A stretch of DNA of 64,000 nt from an uncultured Candidatus Saccharibacteria bacterium (GCA_964639295.1 CAZXDT010000001.1:181068-245067), one strand, 5' to 3'; shown: positions 1 through 9,068, counted from the stretch's first letter. Program-made: numbers and translations. The notes: generated by a model not told the origin, from the sequence alone.

Positions 1-252
1 AATGTTTCCGTAATGCGTAAGCAGCCGGCTTGATACAAGTGTCTTTAGATCACTTTTGCCAGGCAAAAATGTCAACTCACTGACGCTAAACAACTCTATG
101 CCACCGGCAAGCTTGGATTTAGGCCGACGCACGCCTTTAGCAATCAAACTAATCTTCCCTTGGTCTGGCATTAAAACTGTAATAATACGATCCGCCTCCT
201 GGTAATCCCGTCTAGACAGAACTATACCTGTAGTTACAACCTGTGGTTTCAT
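1..252 (-). CDS. recO: DNA repair protein RecO, N-terminal 84 codons (partial; C-terminus lies beyond window start)
   Basis: Absent from ORF track because no stop lies in the window. Reverse translation from ATG at 252..250 gives MKPQVVTTGIVLSRRDYQEADRIITVLMPDQGKISLIAKGVRRPKSKLAGGIELFSVSEL..., matching the RecO N-terminal OB-fold pattern (GIVL.R.DY.E.D.I...L....GK....AKG.R.P.S.L). Confidence 0.75.
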   Translation of the reverse strand, partial: MKPQVVTTGIVLSRRDYQEADRIITVLMPDQGKISLIAKGVRRPKSKLAGGIELFSVSELTFLPGKSDLKTLVSSRLLTHYGNI

Positions 253-394
253 ATCACAAGTTTCGCATCACAGTGACCTGCTGTCCAGCGGAGCTAGCCA
301 CCCGCCACTGTTCTTGGGACATAAGCAGATTTTCTTCTGCGATCCTCATTTCACCGTACCATTTGTACGGCTCACTCCGGTTCTCGAAGAGAAA

Positions 395-787
395 TCAGCT
401 TCTGCCCTCAAGTGCGGAACTTGTGACGTCCTCTACGGCATTTACAAGTTGCTTGAGGTTGGTGGCTGGTTTATACAAACAATCTACAATACCAAAATTT
501 TGCATCATTTCTTTTGTGATCTGGAGTGAGGCTGGTGGAACCATTGTTAGTAAAATAACAGGGATAGTTTGCCACTCAGGATAGCTTCTAAACTCATATA
601 GAAACTCGATCCCGTTGTGCGATGCCAATTGTAGTTCTAGTAATATAACGTCTGGTTTTGACTCATCAGCTGAATGCACAGCATCCTGCGCGTGTGCAAC
701 AACTTGCACCACATGGCTCGCCTGTTCTAGGGCCTGCTTGTAAGTGCCCGCAAGTTTTTTGTCCGGTTCTATGAGTAATACATTCAT
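395..787 (-). CDS. Stand-alone response-regulator receiver domain, atypical (Glu at phospho-acceptor position)
   Basis: 130 aa. Receiver layout LLIEPD...DVILLELQL...PVILLTM...YKP with canonical spacing (E51/T81/K106), but the DxxLLD acceptor Asp reads Glu (GAA, 635..637). No output domain. TAATG overlap with the upstream gene at 787. Confidence 0.75.
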   Translation of the reverse strand: MNVLLIEPDKKLAGTYKQALEQASHVVQVVAHAQDAVHSADESKPDVILLELQLASHNGIEFLYEFRSYPEWQTIPVILLTMVPPASLQITKEMMQNFGIVDCLYKPATNLKQLVNAVEDVTSSALEGRS

Positions 788-1494
788 TAAACTAATTGTA
801 ACTGTTGCGAAGGGAGGAGAGTTGCGCCGAGCCCTGAAAGTTTGTTGTGACGTGATAGATGCAGGGGTGCTTCCATGTTCTTGAGCAAGCTGTCTGCTAC
901 AAAGATACCCGCACCGCTTGTTGGAGTAAGGGCTGGTACTGCCTGACGAGCACTGCCAAATAATGCCATGCCTCTGTGCAAGCTGTCGCTATTAAGTCCT
1001 TCTTGGTTGCCAAAGATTCCTGCCACAAGTCCACGGCTACTACGGTGTGCACCAAGGACTATTTTGTGCCTTTGATCTGCTGCTGGTGCAGATTCTATGA
1101 ATGCATAGCCGAGTGTTGCAAAGGCAGATTCTAGACTTTGGCGGTGGGCCATAACTGGTTCATACCGCCCACTGAGGTGTACCTCTAAATCACAGTCGTA
1201 TTGTTTGGCTAATTGGTTAAGGTGATGTGCAGTATCTTGCAACATTGCACTGACAGAAACCGGTTCTAGCTCAAGTAATGGCAACGCCTGCAGCTGCACA
1301 CTCAATAAGTAGCTATCGACCAGTCGTAGTGCCATGTCTGCAGTGTAACTGATGGAACTAAGCGCCGTAGCATCTTGGTTTGAGTGTGCAAGTTCAGCCT
1401 CGCGGGCAATTTGTAACAGAGGTAGTTTTAACTGTTCGGCAAGCGCTTTAAGCAAGCGTTCCTGTGCTTCGTTACTAAATGCCGCTGTTCCCAA
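787..1494 (-). CDS. Degenerate histidine-kinase-like protein (DHp + HATPase_c-like, catalytic residues substituted), soluble
   Basis: 235 aa, TTG start. LAEQLKLPLLQI aligns to the H-box SHELRTPLxxI with His->Glu (1435..1437). The downstream layout follows HATPase_c, but the N box (ATLGYAFIE), G1 (FGNQEG) and G2 (SGAGIFV) are eroded. No TM segment. Confidence 0.5.
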   Translation of the reverse strand: MGTAAFSNEAQERLLKALAEQLKLPLLQIAREAELAHSNQDATALSSISYTADMALRLVDSYLLSVQLQALPLLELEPVSVSAMLQDTAHHLNQLAKQYDCDLEVHLSGRYEPVMAHRQSLESAFATLGYAFIESAPAADQRHKIVLGAHRSSRGLVAGIFGNQEGLNSDSLHRGMALFGSARQAVPALTPTSGAGIFVADSLLKNMEAPLHLSRHNKLSGLGATLLPSQQLQLV

Positions 1495-1600
1495 AACCTA
1501 GTACCCTCTCGCAAATATATTGCCTATATTGTACACCTAGAGACCATAAAAATACTAAAATATAATTCGGTATTGAACAATAATGTTGTATTGCTTGTGG

Positions 1601-2344
1601 TTACGGGACGAAAGTTAGGTTAGCTAAGATAATACTATCAAAGTCACCTCTAAATTGAGCGGATTCAGTAGAGATCTCTATTGTTTTGTCGCGAAGTGGG
1701 AACAGTACCATGCTGTCTTGTTGGCCCGTGTTGATCTCGCCGTCAATTCGTGTGCCGACAACGCCTTCAACCTTTGCTGGCTTGAATGGTGATGCCTTAA
1801 CCTTACCGGTCTTTATCTTGCTTTCAAACTGTTTGAGTTCATCTGCGTATTGTTTTGACACGACTCTTACGCGCAATGCATAGTCTGTGCCTGACAGGAG
1901 ACCCGGCACGAAGCCTGGGTGGAAGTAACCATCAACCGGCGTACCACCTGTAGCTGTGGCTTCTGTTACAAACGCACTCCAAGTCCTAGGATACTTAATA
2001 TTCAATGTGCCGAAGGAAGCGGGACCTTTGTATTCATTCAATGGGTTTTTATACTTCTCTGTAAATTCTTTATCCTTGGCAGTTGTAGTTTCTTGTTGCG
2101 CGATGGTAACTGCACTACTTATCTTCTTATCTGAGTTATTCTTGTAGTCCTGCATACCGGCAAATGCCCACACACCGAACCCGGCAGCTGCTAAAAATAA
2201 TATAACCGCTAAGACAAGTGGAATAATCAGCCCGTTAAAAGATTTCTTCGGCTGTCCAACAGGCATACCACCATATTGCTGGGGTTGTGGATGCTGTTGC
2301 TGTTGTGCGACTCCATACTTAGGAGCAAATGGATCTTGATTCAT
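1601..2344 (-). CDS. Membrane-anchored hypothetical protein (Gln/Pro-rich N-terminus, one TM, extracytoplasmic domain)
   Basis: 247-aa ORF. N-terminus QQQQHPQPQQYGG, TM LIIPLVLAVILFLAAAGFGVWAF. I recognise no family. Confidence 0.5.
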   Translation of the reverse strand: MNQDPFAPKYGVAQQQQHPQPQQYGGMPVGQPKKSFNGLIIPLVLAVILFLAAAGFGVWAFAGMQDYKNNSDKKISSAVTIAQQETTTAKDKEFTEKYKNPLNEYKGPASFGTLNIKYPRTWSAFVTEATATGGTPVDGYFHPGFVPGLLSGTDYALRVRVVSKQYADELKQFESKIKTGKVKASPFKPAKVEGVVGTRIDGEINTGQQDSMVLFPLRDKTIEISTESAQFRGDFDSIILANLTFVP

Positions 2345-2387
2345 TGTGCTTATGGTAACCCAAATACCCTATTCACCGCAAGAGCTA

Positions 2388-2912
2388 CTAGTACGGAAGC
2401 TGCTGGGCGTGGTTATTATCAGCAGGCATGTAATGATAGAGGAAGATGCCTTCCTTCTGTGCTGCAACTTCTTTATCAGGAATCTTGAATGCAAAGCTCA
2501 CGAGTTTGACAGGTTTGCTAGTTTCTTGAATAATCTTTTTATCCAACCTATCCATGTATTTTGGTAATAAAAATACGAATACCCCGTCTGCGTCTGGTAA
2601 AGTCCGCCGCCAAAAGTTACCCCAAATAATTTTCACCTGCCCCGGGTATCGCCGCGTTCTCATCCAAGCTGTAAAAGCTAGTATTGGGTTGAGTTCGTAA
2701 CCAGTCACATATAGGCCCCTCTCGGCCGCAGCAATAATAACCTTACCGTCCCCACACCCTAGCTCAAGTAGGTGCTGGCCTTCTGTCAGATCAACTAAAT
2801 CTAGTGCGACATCAACCTGGGATGAAAGTGATGGTAGATACGGAGCACCAAAGAACACCACAACACCAAAGATTATTACGACCGCCCCAACCGCAATTAG
2901 CACGATTTCCAT
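2388..2912 (-). CDS. Class I SAM-dependent methyltransferase with N-terminal TM helix
   Basis: 174 aa. TM MEIVLIAVGAVVIIFGVVVFF, then SAM motif I LLELGCGDGKVIIAAAERG. Confidence 0.65.
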   Translation of the reverse strand: MEIVLIAVGAVVIIFGVVVFFGAPYLPSLSSQVDVALDLVDLTEGQHLLELGCGDGKVIIAAAERGLYVTGYELNPILAFTAWMRTRRYPGQVKIIWGNFWRRTLPDADGVFVFLLPKYMDRLDKKIIQETSKPVKLVSFAFKIPDKEVAAQKEGIFLYHYMPADNNHAQQLPY

Positions 2913-3110
2913 CTACTTGTCGAAGCTCGCCTTTAGCTTGGTAACAGTGTTCTCGGCATCCTTAAGGTATGCCTCAAGCTGTTTTGAGATAGCAATTCCC
3001 CGTTCATATAATTTGAGCGCTTCATCTATATCAAAATCATCAGTTTGCAGTTGAGCCAAAATTGTGTCCAATTCTTTACTCAGTTCCTGGTAGTTTATCG
3101 CCTTAGTCAT
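2913..3110 (-). CDS. xseB: Exodeoxyribonuclease VII small subunit
   Basis: 65 aa. LSKELDTILAQLQTDDFDIDEALKLYERGIAISKQLEAYL is typical XseB. Immediately downstream of xseA. Confidence 0.85.
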   Translation of the reverse strand: MTKAINYQELSKELDTILAQLQTDDFDIDEALKLYERGIAISKQLEAYLKDAENTVTKLKASFDK

Positions 3111-3119
3111 AGTGTTATT

Positions 3120-4238
3120 CTACTGTATCCCTTCCACTTTTGTTTCAATAGTGCCATCTTGTAGCTCAATATTCAGTCTATCGCCTGGTTTCACTCCCCT
3201 ACTACTACGAACAACGCTCCCCTGCCCAGTTCTAATAATTGCGTAACCCCGTTTCATAGCTGCAGTTGGACTCAGTGCTACCAGTAAATCACCTCTGTTT
3301 CTCAATAAATCAAGCGCACGATTTACGAGTGTTTGCGTAGCATCACTCAGTTGCTTCATGGATTCTTGGACTTGCTTGTTAGCATCCTGAACACGCTGCT
3401 GCAATATACGGAGTAAGTCTTTTTGAGTGTCGGCTAATACGGCTAATTCGTGCTTTTTATCAGGGGTAAGCATTTCTGCGGCGTTACTTGGTGTGCTTGC
3501 CCGGCGATCGGCTGCCAGTTCCGCCAAGCTAATATCAACTTCGTGACCAATTGCCACGATTGTTGGGATACGACTACCAGCCACAGCTCGAGTCACCTGC
3601 TCTGTACTAAACGCTGCTAGATCTTCAGCGCTACCGCCGCCTCTTGTCACAACTAATACGTCCACTGGTTCTGCATGCGTATTAAAATGCTCAATTGCGG
3701 CAACAATTTGCGCCGGCGCAACCTCGCCCTGGACTTGGACATCTGCTAGCTGAATATCTACGCCACTCCAGCGAGCCCCTAAAATCTTAATAAAGTCATT
3801 GTAGGCTGCTGACTCGCCGGATGCGATCAAGCCTATACGCTGAGGTGGATATGGCAGTGATCGTTTACGTGAGTCGTCAAACAGACCTTCGGCTGTAAGT
3901 TTGGCCTGGAGCAACGCAGCGGCTTTTTTAAGTGAGCCCTCACCCACTGGCTGCATATTCTGCACAGTAACACTAAACCCAAACTGATTGTGAAGCCTGG
4001 GCACACCACGTACCCGTAGCATCAGTCCATCTTCAAGCGGACCAGATAACTGGTATATAGTGCCAAAGAATTTAACACTACTAAAGTCGTCCTTCAGATC
4101 AAAATATACCCACTTGTTTTTGCTTATTCGAAAGTTAGCAAGTTCTCCTTCGATCGTTACTGAAGGATACGCATATTCAAGCGTCTGGTTAAAAACTCCT
4201 ACAAAGTCAGAGACAGATAATACGAGGTCATCGTTCAT
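3120..4238 (-). CDS. xseA: Exodeoxyribonuclease VII large subunit
   Basis: 372 aa. N-terminal OB fold (VSDFVGVFNQTLEYAYPSVTIEGELANF), catalytic core (VLVVTRGGGSAEDLAAF, IPTIVAIGHEVD) and C-terminal coiled coil. Confidence 0.9.
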   Translation of the reverse strand: MNDDLVLSVSDFVGVFNQTLEYAYPSVTIEGELANFRISKNKWVYFDLKDDFSSVKFFGTIYQLSGPLEDGLMLRVRGVPRLHNQFGFSVTVQNMQPVGEGSLKKAAALLQAKLTAEGLFDDSRKRSLPYPPQRIGLIASGESAAYNDFIKILGARWSGVDIQLADVQVQGEVAPAQIVAAIEHFNTHAEPVDVLVVTRGGGSAEDLAAFSTEQVTRAVAGSRIPTIVAIGHEVDISLAELAADRRASTPSNAAEMLTPDKKHELAVLADTQKDLLRILQQRVQDANKQVQESMKQLSDATQTLVNRALDLLRNRGDLLVALSPTAAMKRGYAIIRTGQGSVVRSSRGVKPGDRLNIELQDGTIETKVEGIQ

Positions 4239-5286
4239 CGGGCACTTCCGCGCCCTTTCTGAGGGCCATTTGGTACAAAATCCAACCTGGTACTATTTGC
4301 ACGCTGATACCCAACACACGGTACATAACTGTCACAGGGATACTGAGCGCAGGTGGCACGCCTGCAAGAGCTAACACACCAGTCATGAGTGCTTCATACA
4401 TACCAACTCCACCAGGCAGCACTGAAATAAGCCCCGCAAAGTTTGCAATTGCATATGCCAAAATCACCGCCCCTATGTTCACCCATTCACCAAAAGCGAT
4501 ATAGACAACATATATAGTCATTAGTTCTGTGAATCCTGTTAAGAATCCAAACCAAACGCCTTTTTTAACAATTTCGCGGTTCTCCTGGATAGTCACATAA
4601 CTGCGATGCATCTCATCCATAGCACCCCGTAATTTTTCTAGACTGATGGTCTCTGTTTTGCCTTTTCTAAACAGACCGATAGCCCTGTTTAGTGTGCGTG
4701 CCAAGAATGCAGAAGTAGTGTTGATCCGAGTGTTATCACCTACGATATATGCGACAAGCATCGTGCCAAAAACAATCAGCGTAGCCAGGAACGTAGCCAC
4801 CATAATCACAAAGTTGTTTGCCTTGCCCATAATCGCGAGCGCAAAAATACCAATAACCAATAGTACTAGGAAGCCTAAATAACCCATGAAGAATCGTAAC
4901 AACTGCACAACAGTAGCCGTACCAGACCGTACGCCATATTGCTTCATACGGACAGAAAAGTATGAGAAGCCAGATATACCCCCGCTCGGGAAAACATGAT
5001 TCACAAAGTTCAGCTCAAGCGAAATCCTAAACAGAGCTTTATAAGATATCTTGTGCCCTAACTTCTTAAACAGTGTCCTGTACATTCGGGTATACGAATC
5101 GTAGTTCCATATCTGAATTGGGACAATGAGTAGCAGCGCCCACCAATGTACGCTCTTGATAGTACGTAGGGTCTCTAGGATTTCGTCTTTAATCGCAAAG
5201 ATTAGAATGCCCAACGCCAGAAGCGTAATGACATTAAGGATTGCTCTCCAGTTCCGTGCAAAAAATGACCGTATGCGGTGTCTCAT
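4228..5286 (-). CDS. UPF0104 / lysylphosphatidylglycerol-synthase-TM-region family membrane protein (flippase-like)
   Basis: 352 aa, polytopic. C-terminal LPGGVGMYEALMTGVLALAGVPPALSIPVTVMYRVL resembles the UPF0104 signature. Confidence 0.55.
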   Translation of the reverse strand: MRHRIRSFFARNWRAILNVITLLALGILIFAIKDEILETLRTIKSVHWWALLLIVPIQIWNYDSYTRMYRTLFKKLGHKISYKALFRISLELNFVNHVFPSGGISGFSYFSVRMKQYGVRSGTATVVQLLRFFMGYLGFLVLLVIGIFALAIMGKANNFVIMVATFLATLIVFGTMLVAYIVGDNTRINTTSAFLARTLNRAIGLFRKGKTETISLEKLRGAMDEMHRSYVTIQENREIVKKGVWFGFLTGFTELMTIYVVYIAFGEWVNIGAVILAYAIANFAGLISVLPGGVGMYEALMTGVLALAGVPPALSIPVTVMYRVLGISVQIVPGWILYQMALRKGAEVPDER

Positions 5287-5314
5287 ATGAAAACAAGTAT
5301 ACCACTGTTATACT
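5286..5314 (+). promoter_or_regulatory. Putative extended -10 promoter of the 5322 gene
   Basis: TATGAA-N17-(TGt)TATACT, with the -10 at 5309..5314 only 7 nt before ATG 5322. Confidence 0.35.
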
Positions 5315-5321
5315 GTAACTA

Positions 5322-6494
5322 ATGAGTCAATCTGTTTTAGTTCTAGGGCGCCAGCCTGCGCTGGGTCTTGCCGAGGCCGAAAGCCTATTTGGTGCCGACA
5401 AACTTACCCCGCTTGGTAAACAAGCGGTGGTGGTTGATATACCCCACACCGAACTCCCTTTTAGCCGTATGGGTGGTTCAATACGTGCAGCCAAAATGCT
5501 CACTTACTTACCCTATACCGACTGGGAAAAGATAGAAAAGTATCTGGTCGAGGAACTGCCTAAACATACCTGTTGCCTACCCGAAGGTAAAATCCGCCTG
5601 GGACTCAGTGTCTACGGACTTAGTGTAAACATTCGCCGCCTCAACGCCACCGGACTAACACTTAAAAAAGCCGTCAAAGCCGATGGTCGCTCTGTCCGCG
5701 TGGTCCCTAACAAAGAACACGAACTTAACACAGCCCAAGTCATCCACAACCAGTTAACTGGTGAAACGGGCATGGAATTATTACTCATCCGTGACGGTGA
5801 GCGCACTGCTCTCGTCCAAACTACTGCTGTTCAGGATATTGAAGCCTATGCTGCACGTGACCAAGCTCGCCCTGCCCGTGACGCCCGCGTAGGTATGCTC
5901 CCGCCCAAACTCGCCCAGATCATCGTCAATCTCGCAGTCTCGGACACGAAGGTGAAAACCGTGTTAGACCCCTTCTGCGGAACTGGTGTCTTACTGCAAG
6001 AATCAATGCTCATGGGCTACGAAGCACTTGGTACTGATCTTGAACCACGTATGATCGAATACTCCCAAACAAACTTGTCTTGGTTGATTGATAGGTTCAA
6101 CCCCGAGAATACAACATTCAAGCTTGCTGTTGGTGACGCTACAAATCGTACCTGGGAGAACTTCGATACTGTTGCTTGTGAAACCTACCTTGGCCGGCCT
6201 TTTGCCTCTGAACCAAACCAAAATGTTTTGAGCGAAGTTATGCGCGATGTTGACCTGATTCACCGTAAATTCTTACAAAACGTAGCCAAGCAGACAAAAC
6301 CTGGTTTCCGCATGACAATTGCCGTCCCCGCCTGGCATACAAAAAATGGGTTTAAACACCTTAAAACCCTTGATAATCTAGACGATTTAGGCTATACTCG
6401 TATGAGTTTTGTCCATGTGGACACGCGGGATCTCTTATACTACCGGGAAAACCAAGTAGTTGCTCGCGAATTAGTAACACTGATAAGGAAGTAA
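5322..6494 (+). CDS. Putative RNA (guanine-N2) methyltransferase, Trm11/Trm-G10-like (UPF0020 family)
   Basis: 390 aa. RPARDARVGMLPPKLAQIIVNLA...VLDPFCGTGVLLQESMLMG matches Trm11-type motif I. The expected DPPY motif IV region reads CETYLG. Confidence 0.5.
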   Translation: MSQSVLVLGRQPALGLAEAESLFGADKLTPLGKQAVVVDIPHTELPFSRMGGSIRAAKMLTYLPYTDWEKIEKYLVEELPKHTCCLPEGKIRLGLSVYGLSVNIRRLNATGLTLKKAVKADGRSVRVVPNKEHELNTAQVIHNQLTGETGMELLLIRDGERTALVQTTAVQDIEAYAARDQARPARDARVGMLPPKLAQIIVNLAVSDTKVKTVLDPFCGTGVLLQESMLMGYEALGTDLEPRMIEYSQTNLSWLIDRFNPENTTFKLAVGDATNRTWENFDTVACETYLGRPFASEPNQNVLSEVMRDVDLIHRKFLQNVAKQTKPGFRMTIAVPAWHTKNGFKHLKTLDNLDDLGYTRMSFVHVDTRDLLYYRENQVVARELVTLIRK

Positions 6495-6497
6495 GAT

Positions 6498-6770
6498 ATG
6501 TCAAAAGTTAAAGCTGGCGGTGCAGCCAAAAACGTACACGATAGTCCAGGCCAACGCCTTGGTGTTAAGATTTTTGGTGGCGAAAAAGTTAACACTGGTC
6601 AGGTAATCATTCGCCAAACTGGTCTTAACAAGCGCGGTGGCGAAGGTACTTTCGTTTCACGAAACTACACTATCCACGCTGCTAAAGACGGTATCGTAAC
6701 CTACACTAAGCGTCGTTACCGCCTCTTCACAGGTAAGACAGTACAACGTACCGAAGTAACTGTAAAATAG
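6498..6770 (+). CDS. rpmA: 50S ribosomal protein L27
   Basis: 90 aa. KAGGAAKNVHDSPGQRLGVKIFGGEKVNTGQVIIRQTG...IHAAKDGIV is the L27 signature. Confidence 0.9.
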   Translation: MSKVKAGGAAKNVHDSPGQRLGVKIFGGEKVNTGQVIIRQTGLNKRGGEGTFVSRNYTIHAAKDGIVTYTKRRYRLFTGKTVQRTEVTVK

Positions 6771-6787
6771 TCACAAGCCCTCACCAT

Positions 6788-6816
6788 AAAAAAACCGCTC
6801 CTCCGAGCGGTTTTTT
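6788..6816. terminator. Bidirectional intrinsic terminator between convergent rpmA and the 206-aa gene
   Basis: AAAAAAACCGCTC-ctcc-GAGCGGTTTTTT: GC stem flanked by an A-run and a T-run. Confidence 0.8.
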
Positions 6817-6818
6817 AA

Positions 6819-7439
6819 TTACAATCTAACGACGCTCGACCGCATGGCCAAACCAGCCATCGTCGCATACACAAGAACTGGTTCAATTCCCGCATTCTGA
6901 TCTATCATTTCACCCTTAGACTTAGGGAGGTCAGTCTCGTAAAACCAGCCACCTTCATTTGGCTTTTCTGATACAGTTTCAGGGCCATATGCCTCAGTAT
7001 GGACCTCGCGGCGAGCACGTCCGCTCGTATAAGTTTGCTGATCAAGTTTTAACCGATTGGTCCGTTCAATCAATACCCTGTCTTCTCCACTTCCCTTAAA
7101 TTGCTCCACAACCCGAGCCCCTGTCTCAGGTGCCTCTTCTATTTTAGGTAACTCACCTTCAAGAACTCGTTCCTGGCCCTCTTCCACGACAATTACCTCT
7201 AGCATTGGGACTTTAAGTGCCTTTGCAAACACGTAATTTAACGTACCTGGCTGCTCAAGCGCAACCGTCTTCCAACCTTCTCCCTGTTCGCCATATAATT
7301 CTGTTAAAACGGATCTCGGCGACGAGCCTTCTTCGTCACCTTCATCAAGCATCTCCTGGGTAAAAACCAATGGTTCGGACCGTGTTTCAGGAGGGCTCTC
7401 TCCACTAAATTGTCTAGGTACAAACGTATCTATTGCCAT
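6819..7439 (-). CDS. Hypothetical acidic protein (no TM or signal peptide)
   Basis: 206-aa ORF. GAGGTG RBS 5 nt upstream of the ATG. No recognisable family. Confidence 0.5.
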   Translation of the reverse strand: MAIDTFVPRQFSGESPPETRSEPLVFTQEMLDEGDEEGSSPRSVLTELYGEQGEGWKTVALEQPGTLNYVFAKALKVPMLEVIVVEEGQERVLEGELPKIEEAPETGARVVEQFKGSGEDRVLIERTNRLKLDQQTYTSGRARREVHTEAYGPETVSEKPNEGGWFYETDLPKSKGEMIDQNAGIEPVLVYATMAGLAMRSSVVRL

Positions 7440-7616
7440 TTAAACACCTCGCCTTACATGACAAGCACAAGTGTAATAGAACCCTTACCTAAAAACTGTT
7501 AGATATCCAACCTAAGAACAATTTATACTGCGGGATTGACGATATTGCTTGATTGACCAAGTATATAAATGAATTTTAAAATACCACCATAGGAGCTACG
7601 TAATCTTAGTAAGACC

Positions 7617-9044
7617 CTACTCACGACTTTGTGCATACCCCCATTGGCGCCAGTTAACATTATGTACCAGTGCATTCCATAGTTGGTCATAATCACTCTT
7701 ACTGAACGTTTCTTCCATATATTTATTCATTCGCTTGTGTAGGGCAGTTTTTTTAACTTCATTTTGTTGTCGCGTATCGGGATTCTCCTCGTAGAGATGT
7801 ACTTCTGTTAAGTCAAGACTACCTAATACCGTCTTCATTGCCTCAAGTCTACTGACTTCAGTATATGGCTCCTTTGCTAGATGATAATCAATATCGGTAA
7901 AACCTTGCTCAGAATCATACAATATGTTTGCAGGATGATTGTCAAACTGGATCCCTCTTTGCATAGCCTCCAGCCGGGTTGCAAGCAAAGCATCAAGATG
8001 CCCATCAGGCATTTCTTGAATATCCTTGAGCTGCAGTTCCTGTAAATGGTTGCCCTTAGCAAACTCAGATATAACCACTCCATCTTCATAAGAAGCAGCT
8101 ACAATTTTTTCTAATCCTTTTATCCCTTTTGCATTAGCACCTGCTGCAATATGGCTGTGGAGTATCTCTACTCTTTGGTCCATTTGTTTTACTGATCTAA
8201 CAACGTATTCTTTACCATCATTAGTTACCTTGAATACATCTGAGTGCTTGCCAGCTCCAATCAGTTCCGCATTACGTGTATCGCTACGGATACTCTCTAC
8301 TTGGCTACGAAAGTTGTCATAATTTTCTATTATCTGATCTTCTGGGTCAGGCTCTTTTTCATCACCCTCAACTGCGCCCTCGTTCCAAAGAGGCGCTGGC
8401 CCAAACGGACTGGTATAAGTTACTTCATCCTCCGTTAAAAGACTCGATAAATATTCTGAAACAGCTTCGGGGTTGGTCTGATCAAACCCTTCAGGAAATC
8501 TTGGTACATAACCATAAATCATAAAGCCACCTCGTTCTCTTGCTTTATCACGCGGTTCGGTAACTGTATTGTAAGAATCCTCAAACTCGTGATTGTCGTA
8601 ATCCTCCCTGAACATCAAACCAATTGTGCGCGCTGTACGGCCGTTGCCATCATGAAACGGGTGCAATAGGACAACTCCCAATGCTAGAGTGTCTGCAACC
8701 CTAGCAGGATTCACGTTCTCAGAGCTTTCCTTTATTTCGCTAACAAGTCTATGAAACACATCATAGCGATCTTCCGGGCTTAGAGTTTCCTGTCCCCCGA
8801 TCTTCATCGTTGAGTCATGATTCATTAATGAGTCTCCTGAGCCCTGAACCGATTTATTGATATCTTCCAAAAGAATTGCCGTACCCTCTATAGACAAATG
8901 CTTTAGTTGCTCTATCCGCTCAACAGGAGTTTCGCCATTAATGCCGAACTCAGCTCCAATATGCGCCTTGAACTCAGCTGCATTGAGCTCGTTCACGGGC
9001 CTCGTAATTTCGAACCCATTTGCTGTTGTGGCTGTTTCTGTCAT
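7617..9044 (-). CDS. Fic-motif domain fused to a C-terminal protein-kinase-like domain
   Basis: 475 aa. Complete Fic motif HPFHDGNGRTAR (8628..8663). C-terminal half has a Gly-rich loop LIGAGKHSDVFKV, YVVRSVK (VAIK-like Lys), FDNHPANILYD (D-x-H-P-x-N catalytic loop as in ABC1/RIO/APH-type kinases) and TDIDY (DFG-like). Confidence 0.7.
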   Translation of the reverse strand: MTETATTANGFEITRPVNELNAAEFKAHIGAEFGINGETPVERIEQLKHLSIEGTAILLEDINKSVQGSGDSLMNHDSTMKIGGQETLSPEDRYDVFHRLVSEIKESSENVNPARVADTLALGVVLLHPFHDGNGRTARTIGLMFREDYDNHEFEDSYNTVTEPRDKARERGGFMIYGYVPRFPEGFDQTNPEAVSEYLSSLLTEDEVTYTSPFGPAPLWNEGAVEGDEKEPDPEDQIIENYDNFRSQVESIRSDTRNAELIGAGKHSDVFKVTNDGKEYVVRSVKQMDQRVEILHSHIAAGANAKGIKGLEKIVAASYEDGVVISEFAKGNHLQELQLKDIQEMPDGHLDALLATRLEAMQRGIQFDNHPANILYDSEQGFTDIDYHLAKEPYTEVSRLEAMKTVLGSLDLTEVHLYEENPDTRQQNEVKKTALHKRMNKYMEETFSKSDYDQLWNALVHNVNWRQWGYAQSRE

Positions 9045-9068
9045 TTTTGTTTTGTCTTAACAGATACA

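Noticed and set aside
243-584. Plus-strand ORFs 243..584 and 314..529.
   Set aside because: They overlap the recO start and the receiver gene in antisense, have no recognisable motifs, and have no RBS or promoter.
6654-6665. Palindrome GTTTCACGAAAC resembling a parS site (TGTTTCACGTGAAACA).
   Set aside because: It is two central bases short of the 16-bp consensus and lies inside rpmA. It is probably coincidental. No full parS was seen near parAB.
6866-6882. tRNA-like T-loop string GGTTCAATTCC.
   Set aside because: The flanking bases cannot form a T-stem or the rest of a cloverleaf, and it lies inside the 206-aa ORF. I saw no tRNA genes anywhere in the window.
7535-7581. Plus-strand promoter-like elements (TTGACG and TTGACC-N18-TAAAAT, in tandem GATTGAC repeats) that would drive an RNA antisense to the 3' end of the Fic-kinase gene.
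   Set aside because: No downstream plus-strand ORF or terminator is present, and the -10 assignments are ambiguous. They could equally be sites acting on the minus-strand 206-aa gene. Left as unproven.
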